From an uncultured bacterium (lineage in GTDB: Bacteria; Planctomycetota; UBA1135; GCA-002686595): a DNA stretch of 39,041 nt. The stretch is from assembly GCA_913058555.1 (NCBI GenBank), contig CAJXRJ010000001.1:1-39041 (forward strand), in the 5' to 3' direction. Position 1 is the first letter of the stretch; each line of letters begins with the position of its first letter. The notes under the pieces are model-generated. The model did not search any database and was not told where the DNA came from. It saw only the letters and a program-made list of their open reading frames with translations. The translations under genes were made by a program, and so were the position numbers. Shown in pieces: positions 27,998-36,748 of the stretch.

Positions 27998-29947
27998 TTA
28001 GCGCAGGCCGATCTCCCCGAACCCGCGGCGGTTGCCCGCGACCGTAGCCGCCGAGAGGATCTCGACGGTCAAGGATCGGACCCGAAGGGGCTCCGGCAAG
28101 GGGATCACGATCACGCCGGGGAACTGCTCGGGGATCTCGTGCTCGGATGCGACACCGTTCACCTTCAGTCGAATGCGCGTCGGACCTGCATAGGTGCTCA
28201 CCGACAGCACGTTGCTCGCAGCGTGGGTCAGCGTCACGGCCTTCGCTTTCACCGGCCGATCGATCATCAAGGTGATCGCAGGCGTTTCGTCCGCAGGGTC
28301 GGCGATCCACGGCGTGCCCTCGAAGTCATCCGACACGCGGGCGGCATCCTGTCCCTTGGCGAACGAGGTGGCCACCACCGTGTGGGAGACGCCGCGCAGG
28401 AGGTTCGGGCCGAGCGTGGGGCGCGCTCGCTTGAACCAGATTTCGGGCGTCCACTTCGTCTTGATCTCAAGGGGGCGCGACTCGACCACCAGGGGCCCGT
28501 CCTGATCCATGCCGTGGACGCGCGCCACAAGCTTCATGGCGGCTTCACGGTCGCAGGTGTACTTCATCGGCAGCTTCTGCCCGTTCCAAGGCGCCCTTGG
28601 ATCTCCTTTCGCCGTGGCCACGACCACGCCGTCGAGGAGCCATTCCACACGCTCGACCTTGATGCCTTGATCGACAAAGTGAATCCACGCCGTAAGGTCC
28701 ATCGCCCCCGTGGCGGAGATCTGCACCACGCCTTCGGTGTGATGCCACGCAAACTCCGACGGACCAGCTTCACCGCCGGGCCCCGACGAGGCCGCTTGCC
28801 CGGCACGGGTCGCGCGGGCGAGGAAGAGAAGCGCGTAGCTCGTCTCATGGGTCGAACCCCACCCCCCATCGCCCTTCTGCCCCTTGAGAAGGACTTCCGC
28901 GCCATCGCGGTACCAGTCCCAACCGAAGAAGGTGTCCTTGTCGAGGAACGCGGCGAGACGCTCAACGCCCCAGAGGTAATAGAGGTGCCGGCCGCCCTTC
29001 TTGGGGTTCTCGGTCACCGACCAGTTCTCCTCGAGCCAAGCCATGGCGAGGGGAACGCTAACGTCCATGGCTTTGGTTTCCTTGCGCCCAATCTTGCGCC
29101 CGTGGACCTCCACCAAGATCCGTTGGATGCACAGGCCCGCGACGGTCATCGAACCCGTCGCGTCCTTCCCTCCGTTGGGGTGGTATCCGAAACCCGCGAC
29201 CTTCTTCACCCCCGCCCGCGACCGACCCACTTCAGGCTCCTTGGCCTTGGACCCTTCCTGGGGCCGGGGCGGCTCCTGATAGCGCCTGATGGTGGTCTTC
29301 AACATGCGCTTGCAGATGTCCACGGGCACCTTCAGACCGAGGCGCTTGGCGCCCCAGAACCCCAGTGCCGCAAACTGCACGTTCGATAGGTCGACCCCCG
29401 CATCGGGATAGGCCCAAGTGCCCGGAATGGACGAACTCTCCCACTCGATCAGGTTGTCGAGAATCGACTGGGCCAGCTTGATGTTGTCTTTGCCGCCGAT
29501 CTCGGCGAGCAATAGCAGTGCCGCCCCCGCCGAGTACGTCCGCTGCGGTGGATGCCGGGTGAGAAACCCAATCGCTTGGGTGATCGCCAGGTCGCTCGTC
29601 GGCACCCCCGATTCGACCAGCGCGTAGGCCGCCAACGCCGTGGGGCCCGCGCGATACCGCGCGAAGTGGCCACCGGTGATGGAACCATCCCGGTGCTGAT
29701 GCCTCTGCAGGTAATCGACACCTCGGCCAATGGCCGCGTTGACGCTGCGCTGGAAGGCCACGTCCTGCTTCTTGGCGCTCGCCTTCTTCTGGGGATCGTC
29801 TATCCCCTCGGCTTGACCCGCAGTCCCAATGCCCACGAGGATTGCACAAGCAGCCGCGCCAACGAGGCGCCTCAAGGACGCACCAGCCCTGCGGCATGAA
29901 CCCACAGGTGAGTTGCTTGGGGACTTCGGGACGAGCGAATGGGACAT
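27998..29947 (-). CDS. Exported prenyltransferase/squalene-oxidase-repeat (alpha/alpha barrel) protein with C-terminal beta-sandwich/discoidin-like domains
   Basis: AIGRGVDYL..HQ..DGS, TALAAYAL, DLSNVQFAALG, TGSMTVAGL, YYLWGVERL, DWYRDGA..LL..QKGDGGW, TSYALLFL; C-terminal A..VSD....TPW. Start uncertain. Confidence 0.8.
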   Translation of the reverse strand: MSHSLVPKSPSNSPVGSCRRAGASLRRLVGAAACAILVGIGTAGQAEGIDDPQKKASAKKQDVAFQRSVNAAIGRGVDYLQRHQHRDGSITGGHFARYRAGPTALAAYALVESGVPTSDLAITQAIGFLTRHPPQRTYSAGAALLLLAEIGGKDNIKLAQSILDNLIEWESSSIPGTWAYPDAGVDLSNVQFAALGFWGAKRLGLKVPVDICKRMLKTTIRRYQEPPRPQEGSKAKEPEVGRSRAGVKKVAGFGYHPNGGKDATGSMTVAGLCIQRILVEVHGRKIGRKETKAMDVSVPLAMAWLEENWSVTENPKKGGRHLYYLWGVERLAAFLDKDTFFGWDWYRDGAEVLLKGQKGDGGWGSTHETSYALLFLARATRAGQAASSGPGGEAGPSEFAWHHTEGVVQISATGAMDLTAWIHFVDQGIKVERVEWLLDGVVVATAKGDPRAPWNGQKLPMKYTCDREAAMKLVARVHGMDQDGPLVVESRPLEIKTKWTPEIWFKRARPTLGPNLLRGVSHTVVATSFAKGQDAARVSDDFEGTPWIADPADETPAITLMIDRPVKAKAVTLTHAASNVLSVSTYAGPTRIRLKVNGVASEHEIPEQFPGVIVIPLPEPLRVRSLTVEILSAATVAGNRRGFGEIGLR

Positions 29948-30156
29948 AGTCTGGTCAGTGAACACTGGGGAGGGAGACCCGCAGCCTATCCGCGCCGGCC
30001 GATCTCGTTGCCAACTTCGCGGGGGAGAGCCGGTGCCTCCCCGCGTTTCGGGCGAACATGAGACCCACCTGGCCGCGGGGCCGAGGCGAGTGCGGGGTCG
30101 AGGATTCCCCGTGTGGGGTCGAATGACACAGGAACCGCGGCGTAGCCTGCCGTCCC

Positions 30157-31251
30157 ATGGACAGCAGCCCACACGAGCCTGGAGAGGATGCACCTCCCAT
30201 CCATCGCACGCCCAAGCCGCGGGTCGAAGGTCTCGACCTCGCCCGCGGTCTCGCGGTCCTTGGCATGGTCCTCGTGAACTTCGAGCTAGCCCTCGGCGCT
30301 GGAGCCACTGGCACCTCCCTCTCGGGCCCGGTGCAGGGCCGGGCAAGTGCCCTCTTCGTCGTGCTCGCCGGCGTGGGGATCTGGCTGATCAGCCAATCGC
30401 GCGCCGCCGGCGCCCGGGCCACTCTGCTACGCCGCGGCGTGGTGCTCTTGGGGGGTGGCCTCCTGCTCTTCACGGTGTGGCCCGCCGACATCCTGCACTT
30501 CTACGGCCTTTGGTTCCTCATGGCCGGCCTCCTCGCTGGGGCCACCGCAAGGACCTACGCCGTCCTCGGCATCGTCACCTGCTTCGCGTTCCCCGCGCTA
30601 TTGGCCTTGGGCATCGACTACGAGCGACACTGGAACTTCGGCACACTCGAGTACGCGAGCCCATGGTCCGCCGACGGGCTCCTTCGACATCTGCTCTTCA
30701 ACGGGTTCCACCCCACCGTGCCATGGTTCGCGTTCCTGTGCGCGGGCTTTGCGTTGGCCCCCAAGCTGTTGGCGGAACGCGCGCCGCTCCTGCGTATCGC
30801 GGCCATCTCCGGGGCGATCGCCGCCGGCACGGAGTGGATCTTCCGGAGCCTCAGTGCCAGCGCGGGATCCCTCGATGAAGAGGCCCTGCTCAACACGGCC
30901 TCGATGCCCCCCACGCCGCCCTACATCGTGGCGGCGGGCGCCACTGCGATTTGTGCCCTCGCCCTTTGCCTCGCCACGTCGAAGCGCCTCCTTCGCCCAG
31001 GCCCCCTCCACACGCCGTTCCGGCTCGTCGCGTCGGCGGGCCGATTCGCCCTCACGCTGTATGTCGGACACGTGCTCGTCGGCATTCTCCCGTTCCACCT
31101 CGACCCGGCGGCGCCCCCCAAGTGGGGCAGCCCCTCGGTCGCTCTGTGGTGGCTGGCCTGGTGCACCTTGGCCTTCGCCGCCGCAGCCTTCGCTGAGTCC
31201 CGGGGAAAGCGCGGCCCCCTCGAAGTTCTCTTCCGACGCCTCGGGGGCTAA
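30157..31251 (+). CDS. Polytopic membrane protein, DUF418/DUF1624 (HGSNAT-like) family
   Basis: RVEGLDLARGLAVLGMVLVNF, GRASALFVVLAGVG, DILHFYG, GRFALTLYVGH, RGPLE. Confidence 0.9.
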   Translation: MDSSPHEPGEDAPPIHRTPKPRVEGLDLARGLAVLGMVLVNFELALGAGATGTSLSGPVQGRASALFVVLAGVGIWLISQSRAAGARATLLRRGVVLLGGGLLLFTVWPADILHFYGLWFLMAGLLAGATARTYAVLGIVTCFAFPALLALGIDYERHWNFGTLEYASPWSADGLLRHLLFNGFHPTVPWFAFLCAGFALAPKLLAERAPLLRIAAISGAIAAGTEWIFRSLSASAGSLDEEALLNTASMPPTPPYIVAAGATAICALALCLATSKRLLRPGPLHTPFRLVASAGRFALTLYVGHVLVGILPFHLDPAAPPKWGSPSVALWWLAWCTLAFAAAAFAESRGKRGPLEVLFRRLGG

Positions 31252-31304
31252 CCGACGCCACGGAAGGGCGCTGACACAGGCCCCCCACGCGGCGCCCCCA
31301 GGGC

Positions 31305-32312
31305 TTACACCACGGGCGAACGCATCCCCATGCTCTCCACGATCGGGTGATCACTGCGCTGGGCCTCTTGGAAGTCCGCCTTGCTGTGCAGACCTCGCCA
31401 CCCCTCTTGGACGAGCACTTGGCCCACGATGCCTCCGAGGGTGTTGCCGGGGCCCGGCAGCACGATCCGCTCGGGGGCGTACTCGCGCAAGGCAACGCGC
31501 ACGGACGACGTGAAGTCGTAGGGCGTCGTCACCTGGGCGCCGATGGTGTACGCCCGAAGCTCATCGAGATCCGTGGACCAGGGACTGAAGCGGCGGCCGC
31601 GGCCGTCGATCAGGGTGGTATGGGGCGCGTGGAACTCCAGCTCCCGGAGCTCCGCGGCGGCGGCCGCAGCGACGGGCGCGGCCAGCCGCGTGTGGTAGGG
31701 CCCATGCAAGGCCAGGCGAATCGGATAGGTGATGCTGCCGATGCGCACAGGGGGCAGGTTCTTGAGGAGATGACTCACGCCCTTCGAAGACCCCGCGAGC
31801 ACCGCATAGCCCCCCAGGTCGATGGAGGGCATCGCTTCCCCTTCGGAGTTATCCAGGACCCCGTCGATCGCGGCGCGATGATCCTCGGAAGGCGTCCAGT
31901 CGTCGTTGCAGACGGGGTAGAGCACCTGGCCCCCACCCGCGTGCTCTTCCTGGAGCAACGACATGCGCTGGACCAACCGGAACCCATCCTCAAACGAGAG
32001 GGCGCCGGACGCGGCAAGGGCGATGTACCAGCCCATGGAGTTGCCGCCGATGGCTGCCACGTCGTGTTCGGATGCGGCCTGGGCCGCGTCGATCATCGCC
32101 TTGACGTAGATGAGCGGAGAAACATGGGCGGGGCGCAAGTGACGGGCCGGCTCGAAGCGCGTCGCTTGGTCGAGGGCCAGGAGAGGCTCGAGCCCAAAGT
32201 CGGCACGCCGCCGCTCGGCCGCGCGCACGAGGTCGTGGTCGGGGGGCAAAGAGCCCAGCTCCTTTTCGGTGTAGGAGCCGCGGCCCGGGCACATGATCAC
32301 TACTCGGCTCAT
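31305..32312 (-). CDS. FabD-like acyltransferase (annotated-type 'ACP S-malonyltransferase') with divergent motifs
   Basis: MCPGRGSY, nucleophile GNSMGWY, GPYHT, QVTTPYDF, LPGPGNTLGG; ATG overlaps the upstream TGA. Confidence 0.85.
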   Translation of the reverse strand: MSRVVIMCPGRGSYTEKELGSLPPDHDLVRAAERRRADFGLEPLLALDQATRFEPARHLRPAHVSPLIYVKAMIDAAQAASEHDVAAIGGNSMGWYIALAASGALSFEDGFRLVQRMSLLQEEHAGGGQVLYPVCNDDWTPSEDHRAAIDGVLDNSEGEAMPSIDLGGYAVLAGSSKGVSHLLKNLPPVRIGSITYPIRLALHGPYHTRLAAPVAAAAAAELRELEFHAPHTTLIDGRGRRFSPWSTDLDELRAYTIGAQVTTPYDFTSSVRVALREYAPERIVLPGPGNTLGGIVGQVLVQEGWRGLHSKADFQEAQRSDHPIVESMGMRSPVV

Positions 32313-34549
32313 CGAAGCACCTCCTGGGCGCCCGTCACGATTTGATCCTCGTCCATGAGCACAACCTCCGCGGCGGCTCCGAGGGGAATGTAGGTGTCGG
32401 CGCTGCGCACCGAGGCGATGCGCCCGCGGAAGCCGCGCTCGACGAGGGCCGCGATGACGGAATCGGCGATGCCCGCGGCGTTGGCACGACACTCGTCAGC
32501 GACGAGCACGGCGCCGCACTGCTCGGCGTGCTGATGGATGGCATCCATGGGGAGCGGGTTGAGCCAGCGCATGTCCAGGACACGCGCTTGAATGCCCTCT
32601 TCCGCAAGGCGGCGCGCCGCCCGCAGCGAGAGGCGATAGCCGTTCGCGTAGGAGACGATCAAGAGGTCCGTGCGTTCAGGGTGCTCGATCCCCACTTCAC
32701 CGGGGAGCAAGGCTGACCCGGGGCTCCCGTCGGGCACGGGGTAGTCGCATAGCCAGCCACCATCCCCGGGCTCGTAGAGATCGCGCTCGTGGTAGAGCGC
32801 GATGGGCTCGAGGTAGGCGACGACGCGGCCCGAAACCGCGGCCATCGCCAGGGCGCCGCGCATCATCCGGACGGCATCGAATCCGTTCGAGGGGCACGCG
32901 ATCGCGAGCCCCGGGATCTCACGCAGGGCCCCCACCGAGTTGTCGTTATGGAAGTGACCGCCAAAGCCCTTTTGGTACGCGAGCCCCGCGATGCGGACGA
33001 CCATGGGGTTCTGGTATTGACCCGCGCTGAAGAACTGCAGCGAACACGCCTCCCCCCTGATTTGGTCGATGGCGTTGTGCAGGTACGCGAGGTAGGGGAT
33101 CTCGGGGATCGGCAGAAGGCCGACGAGGCCCGCCCCTTGGGCGACGCCGAGGATCGTGGTCTCGTCCAGCAGCGTGTCGAAGACGCGGCTGCGGCCGAAG
33201 TGACTCTGTAGGTTCTGGGTGACGCCGTAGACGCCGCCCTTCCTGCCCACGTCCTCCCCGAAGCAAATCACGTTGGACCTGCGGATCATCTCGTCATGCA
33301 GAGCATCGTTGATGCGCGCCCCCATGGTCCGGCGGGTGGGCGCCTTCGCGTTTTCGGGGAACCGGGATTCGTAGATCTGGCGCCGCTTCGCTTCGTCGAT
33401 GGGCTCGGTCGCGGCGGCCTGCCAGGCCACAGGATCCTCGGGCGCGAGGGGCTCCATGATCTTCTGGACGTTGACCTGCTTCGGACGACGCTTCGCTTCG
33501 ATGGCGGCGGCGCGCGCCCTTTCGCGGGTGCTCTTCACGATGGCCCGGAGAGCCGCCGGTGTCGCGGCCCCGGTCTCGACCAGGCGCTTCGCGTTGGCGA
33601 GCAAAGGATCGCGCGCCTCCACGGCCTCGATCTCCGACTGGCTCATGTAGGCCGCCTCCACGTCGCTGCCCGCGTGGCCCCAGAGCCGGTGGCACCTGAG
33701 GCGCAGGAACGTGGGCTGGCCCGTGGTGCGGCAGGTTTGGATCGCGAGGGCCACGGTGTCCCAGATGGTGTCGACGTCGCCGCTGGCCTCAAAGTAGCGC
33801 AGGTGCTCAAGGCGCGAGAAGAAGTCACGGATCCAGCGCCGTGGGGTCTCGACGCTGATGCCACGCTGGTTGTCCTCGCAAACAAAGAGCACCGGCGTGG
33901 GGTTCATGCGGCGCCACGCGTAGCGCGCGGAGTTGATGCCCGCGAGGGCCGTCGCGTGGTTGACGCTCGCGTCACCGAAGGTCGCCACGGCGATGGAATC
34001 ATCCGGGAGCCCCGTGTCGATGCCGAGCTTCTTGGCACGGGACATCGAGAACGCCGTCCCCACGGCTTTCGGGACGTGGCTCGCGATCGTGCTCGTCTGG
34101 GGCGGCGTCCACGCGGCCTTGGAGCCCCACACTTTGTGCCGGCCGTGGCTGACGGGATCATCGGCGGAGGCGCAGAAGGAAAGCAGCGTGTCGAAGAGGG
34201 GCGTGGAGCCCTCCAGTTGGCGCATGCGGGCAGCCATGAGGCCCCCGGATCGGTAGTGGAGGAAACACGGGTCGGTGGTTCGGAGCTGCGCCCCGAGGAC
34301 CGCGTTCTGCTCGTGGCCGGCGCTGCTGATCGTGTAGAAGCCCTCGCCCTCGCGCTTCAGCTCCCGCGCCACGACATCGAGGGTCCGCGAGAGCACCTGA
34401 TCCTCAAAGAGCTCCACCGCTTTCCTGGCCGTCAGGGCCGAACCCGGCCGAAGCGGCTCATGGGGCCCCAAGTGCCGATCCGGTCCTGCGGCCCCGGCGA
34501 GATACTCGTCAAGATTGCCCTCGACCACGGTCACCCGATTGGTGCTCAT
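32309..34549 (-). CDS. TPP-dependent 2-oxoacid dehydrogenase E1, fused alpha/beta
   Basis: GFYTISSAGHE, FLHYRSG, TPP motif FGDAS...FVCEDN, LWGHAGSD, FGEDVGRKGGVYGVT, RVFDTLLDE, GGHFHNDN, VLDMRWLNPL; ATG at 34549. Confidence 0.93.
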   Translation of the reverse strand: MSTNRVTVVEGNLDEYLAGAAGPDRHLGPHEPLRPGSALTARKAVELFEDQVLSRTLDVVARELKREGEGFYTISSAGHEQNAVLGAQLRTTDPCFLHYRSGGLMAARMRQLEGSTPLFDTLLSFCASADDPVSHGRHKVWGSKAAWTPPQTSTIASHVPKAVGTAFSMSRAKKLGIDTGLPDDSIAVATFGDASVNHATALAGINSARYAWRRMNPTPVLFVCEDNQRGISVETPRRWIRDFFSRLEHLRYFEASGDVDTIWDTVALAIQTCRTTGQPTFLRLRCHRLWGHAGSDVEAAYMSQSEIEAVEARDPLLANAKRLVETGAATPAALRAIVKSTRERARAAAIEAKRRPKQVNVQKIMEPLAPEDPVAWQAAATEPIDEAKRRQIYESRFPENAKAPTRRTMGARINDALHDEMIRRSNVICFGEDVGRKGGVYGVTQNLQSHFGRSRVFDTLLDETTILGVAQGAGLVGLLPIPEIPYLAYLHNAIDQIRGEACSLQFFSAGQYQNPMVVRIAGLAYQKGFGGHFHNDNSVGALREIPGLAIACPSNGFDAVRMMRGALAMAAVSGRVVAYLEPIALYHERDLYEPGDGGWLCDYPVPDGSPGSALLPGEVGIEHPERTDLLIVSYANGYRLSLRAARRLAEEGIQARVLDMRWLNPLPMDAIHQHAEQCGAVLVADECRANAAGIADSVIAALVERGFRGRIASVRSADTYIPLGAAAEVVLMDEDQIVTGAQEVLR

Positions 34550-34736
34550 GGGCGGTTCACCCCACTTTCCCGGCGGGCGTGAGCGGCCCGGTCTTGCTGC
34601 CGACTGCGTCGCTGATCCATGGCCGGGAGGGTACCGGAAAGGGCCTACGGGGCCCCAGGGCACCCCGGAGATCCCGCGCAAGCCCGGGAATCGCTGCGGG
34701 CTGGTCTCACCCCGACAAAGGACGAGCCTGCGGGGA

Positions 34737-34841
34737 TCAACCGCGCCGCAACGGGCAGCGCTTGCACATCTTGTGCGGGGGCTTCTCGCAGCACTTCTTC
34801 TTGGGGCTGCCCTTGCTCTCGCGTTTCTTCTTCTTGCCCAT
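34737..34841 (-). CDS. 34-aa basic cysteine-rich microprotein (absent from the ORF track)
   Basis: Hand translation MGKKKKRESKGSPKKKCCEKPPHKMCKRCPLRRG*; nearly all codons end in G/C as in neighbouring genes; promoter-like elements lie upstream. Confidence 0.7.
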   Translation of the reverse strand: MGKKKKRESKGSPKKKCCEKPPHKMCKRCPLRRG

Positions 34842-34890
34842 CACTTGTCCCGGGGCCTGCTCGGCCCGTCAGTGGAAAGTCGACCACAGA

Positions 34891-34918
34891 AAGATACGCG
34901 ATTGAGAGTCATTCTCAA
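34891..34918 (-). promoter_or_regulatory. Sigma70-like promoter overlapped by a Fur-box-like palindrome
   Basis: Minus strand TTGAGA (34918-34913)-N16-TATCTT (34896-34891); the palindrome TTGAGAATGACTCTCAA (34902-34918) covers the -35 element and spacer. Confidence 0.65.
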
Positions 34919-34939
34919 GAAAGACCGGATCGGGATCGC

Positions 34940-34975
34940 AAAAAGAAAGGCGGGCCCCGGATTGGGGCCCGCCTT
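34940..34975 (-). terminator. Intrinsic terminator of the DinB-family gene
   Basis: 12-bp stem AAGGCGGGCCCC/GGGGCCCGCCTT (34947-34975) followed on the minus strand by TCTTTTT. Confidence 0.85.
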
Positions 34976-35036
34976 CGCGGAATCGTCGGGGCCGCGGCGA
35001 AGCCAACGGCAAGGGCCCAGGGGGCCCGGAGCGGGG

Positions 35037-35564
35037 TCAGGCGTCCTTGGGGCTCCACTCGCCCACGTACGCGGAGCTGAAGCCCGGCGCATCGCGCTGG
35101 GAGAGGTCCCAGCTGCGGTGTGCGATAGAACGCCACATCAGCGCGTCGTGGCTCGCCCAGGAGACGAGCAGATCGCCAGCGCGGATCGGGCCCTTCTTGG
35201 GGTGCTCGTGGGTCGCGGTCCAGTTGGCGGCCCCCAGGCTCCGGAGCCATTGCACGCTCTTGAGGCGCTCGCGCTGGAATCGCTCCGATTCCCGATCGAG
35301 CTCGCGCTCATTGTAGTTGAGCTCGTCGAGGCCATCGTCGGGCTCGACGCGGGGCCAGGGGCGTTCAGGGTCTCGGAGGGTCAATTCGAGGCGCGGTTTG
35401 AATTCGAGCAGCTCCCGATCGCAGAGATGACCCACGATTTCGAGAACCGAGAGTCCCCCCTCGGCCGGGCGCCACCGCGCCTGATCCATGGGGAGGTCTT
35501 TGACGAGACTCCGCAACTGGTACGCAAATGCTTCCAGGCGGCCGATGAGTAGGTCGGGATTCAT
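35037..35564 (-). CDS. DinB/YfiT-family protein
   Basis: ARWRPAEGGLSVLEIVGHLCDRE, F..ER..SVQWLRSL, HPKKG, WASHD; the third metal-binding His appears to be replaced. Confidence 0.88.
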   Translation of the reverse strand: MNPDLLIGRLEAFAYQLRSLVKDLPMDQARWRPAEGGLSVLEIVGHLCDRELLEFKPRLELTLRDPERPWPRVEPDDGLDELNYNERELDRESERFQRERLKSVQWLRSLGAANWTATHEHPKKGPIRAGDLLVSWASHDALMWRSIAHRSWDLSQRDAPGFSSAYVGEWSPKDA

Positions 35565-35703
35565 AGGTGTTTAGGGGCCCGGGATCCTGAGACAGGCCCC
35601 TCTCCGCCTCAAGGCCAGAGCCTTGTGAACGTACATTTAGGCTGCCTGGGCGCTCCCCCGTACCATGGCCATCGGTCGATCTTCGCCCCTACCGCACACT
35701 AAA

Positions 35704-36435
35704 ATGCTCCGCAACCTCGCCCTAGGTACCTTCGCCGCCGTCGCAGCCTTCTGGTCCTACTACTTTTGGGACTCCAGCACCGATCAGCGCCGCCAGCTAG
35801 AGCAGCGGGATGGCCGAATTGCGGACCTAGAGACCGAGGTCTCGGTCAAGGCCCGCGAGATCGCTACCCAGGCCCGCGAAATCGAGCAACTGCTCCTGGC
35901 CAAGGAGCTTCTGCGCCTGGATCACCGGATCGCCACCATGGAGGTGATCCGCCAAGGCCCCCCACTGGATGGCTCTGGGGGCGTCGAAACCGAGGTCCTC
36001 TTCACTGAACTGGACAGCAACGGTGACCCGATCGGCACCGGCGAGTCGATCGTGATCCCGGGCAAACGAATCTACATCGAGGGCCTCGTGGTGAAGTTCG
36101 AGGACAGCTACGTGGAACAGGGCGATCACCTGCGGGGCACGTCCGTGTGCCTGTTCGAGCGGGTGTTCTCGGAGGAGCTGGCCCCCGACGAGGGGATCGT
36201 CATCGACGCGAAGAATCGTCATCCACTCCCCTTTCAGGGCGACAATTTGCCCGACCCGCTGTACGGGGAGCTCTTCGACAAGATCTGGGAGTACGCCAAC
36301 GATCCGGAGAAGGCCGCAAAATTGGGGGTGCGGGCGATTCACGGAGAGGCGCCGTTCGTGGAAGCGAAGGCGGGCAAGACCTACCGGATTGAGCTCCGCC
36401 AATCGGACGGCCTGAGCATTACCGCGGAGCGGTGA
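35704..36435 (+). CDS. Hypothetical membrane-anchored protein with a coiled coil and a beta-rich domain
   Basis: TM helix (NLALGTFAAVAAFWSYYFW), heptad region, then VVKFEDSYVEQGD.LRGTS.CLF.RVF and GVRAIHGEAP; typical codon bias. Start 35704 or 35665. Confidence 0.8.
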   Translation: MLRNLALGTFAAVAAFWSYYFWDSSTDQRRQLEQRDGRIADLETEVSVKAREIATQAREIEQLLLAKELLRLDHRIATMEVIRQGPPLDGSGGVETEVLFTELDSNGDPIGTGESIVIPGKRIYIEGLVVKFEDSYVEQGDHLRGTSVCLFERVFSEELAPDEGIVIDAKNRHPLPFQGDNLPDPLYGELFDKIWEYANDPEKAAKLGVRAIHGEAPFVEAKAGKTYRIELRQSDGLSITAER

Positions 36436-36498
36436 TGCTGCGGATAGCGGCCTGGCGGGGCTCGACCCAGGAGGGCTTGCCCGCCTTCGCTTCCACGG

Positions 36499-36531
36499 GG
36501 GCCCCCACCGGGCCCCCACCGGGCCCCAGCC
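36499..36531. repeat. 11-bp tandem repeat
   Basis: GGGCCCCCACC x2 plus the variant GGGCCCCAGCC. Confidence 0.8.
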
Positions 36532-36534
36532 CAC

Positions 36535-36572
36535 AAAAATAGGCGTCGGGACCCCGAAAGGTCACCGACGCC
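36535..36572 (-). terminator. Intrinsic terminator downstream of the tandem-fasciclin gene
   Basis: GGCGTCGG-GACC...GGTC-A-CCGACGCC hairpin (36542-36572) followed on the minus strand by TATTTTT. Confidence 0.7.
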
Positions 36573-36748
36573 CAAGGTCCCTTCCCGGGGACATTCCTGT
36601 CGAGGTCTGCTCAAACCCCTTGTTCTCAAGAAGCGGGTCGCTCCGCTGGGGCCCCCGGATGCAGCCCGGTCAGAAAAAACTCCTGGGAAGGGTCATCTTC
36701 CCCGCAGTCCCTGACCGGCCCGCTAACCAGCGGCCCGATGCGCCAGCA

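Noticed and set aside
27998-29947. Squalene-hopene cyclase (shc)
   Set aside because: No DxDD catalytic motif, only one barrel, and it has an export signal and unrelated C-terminal domains.
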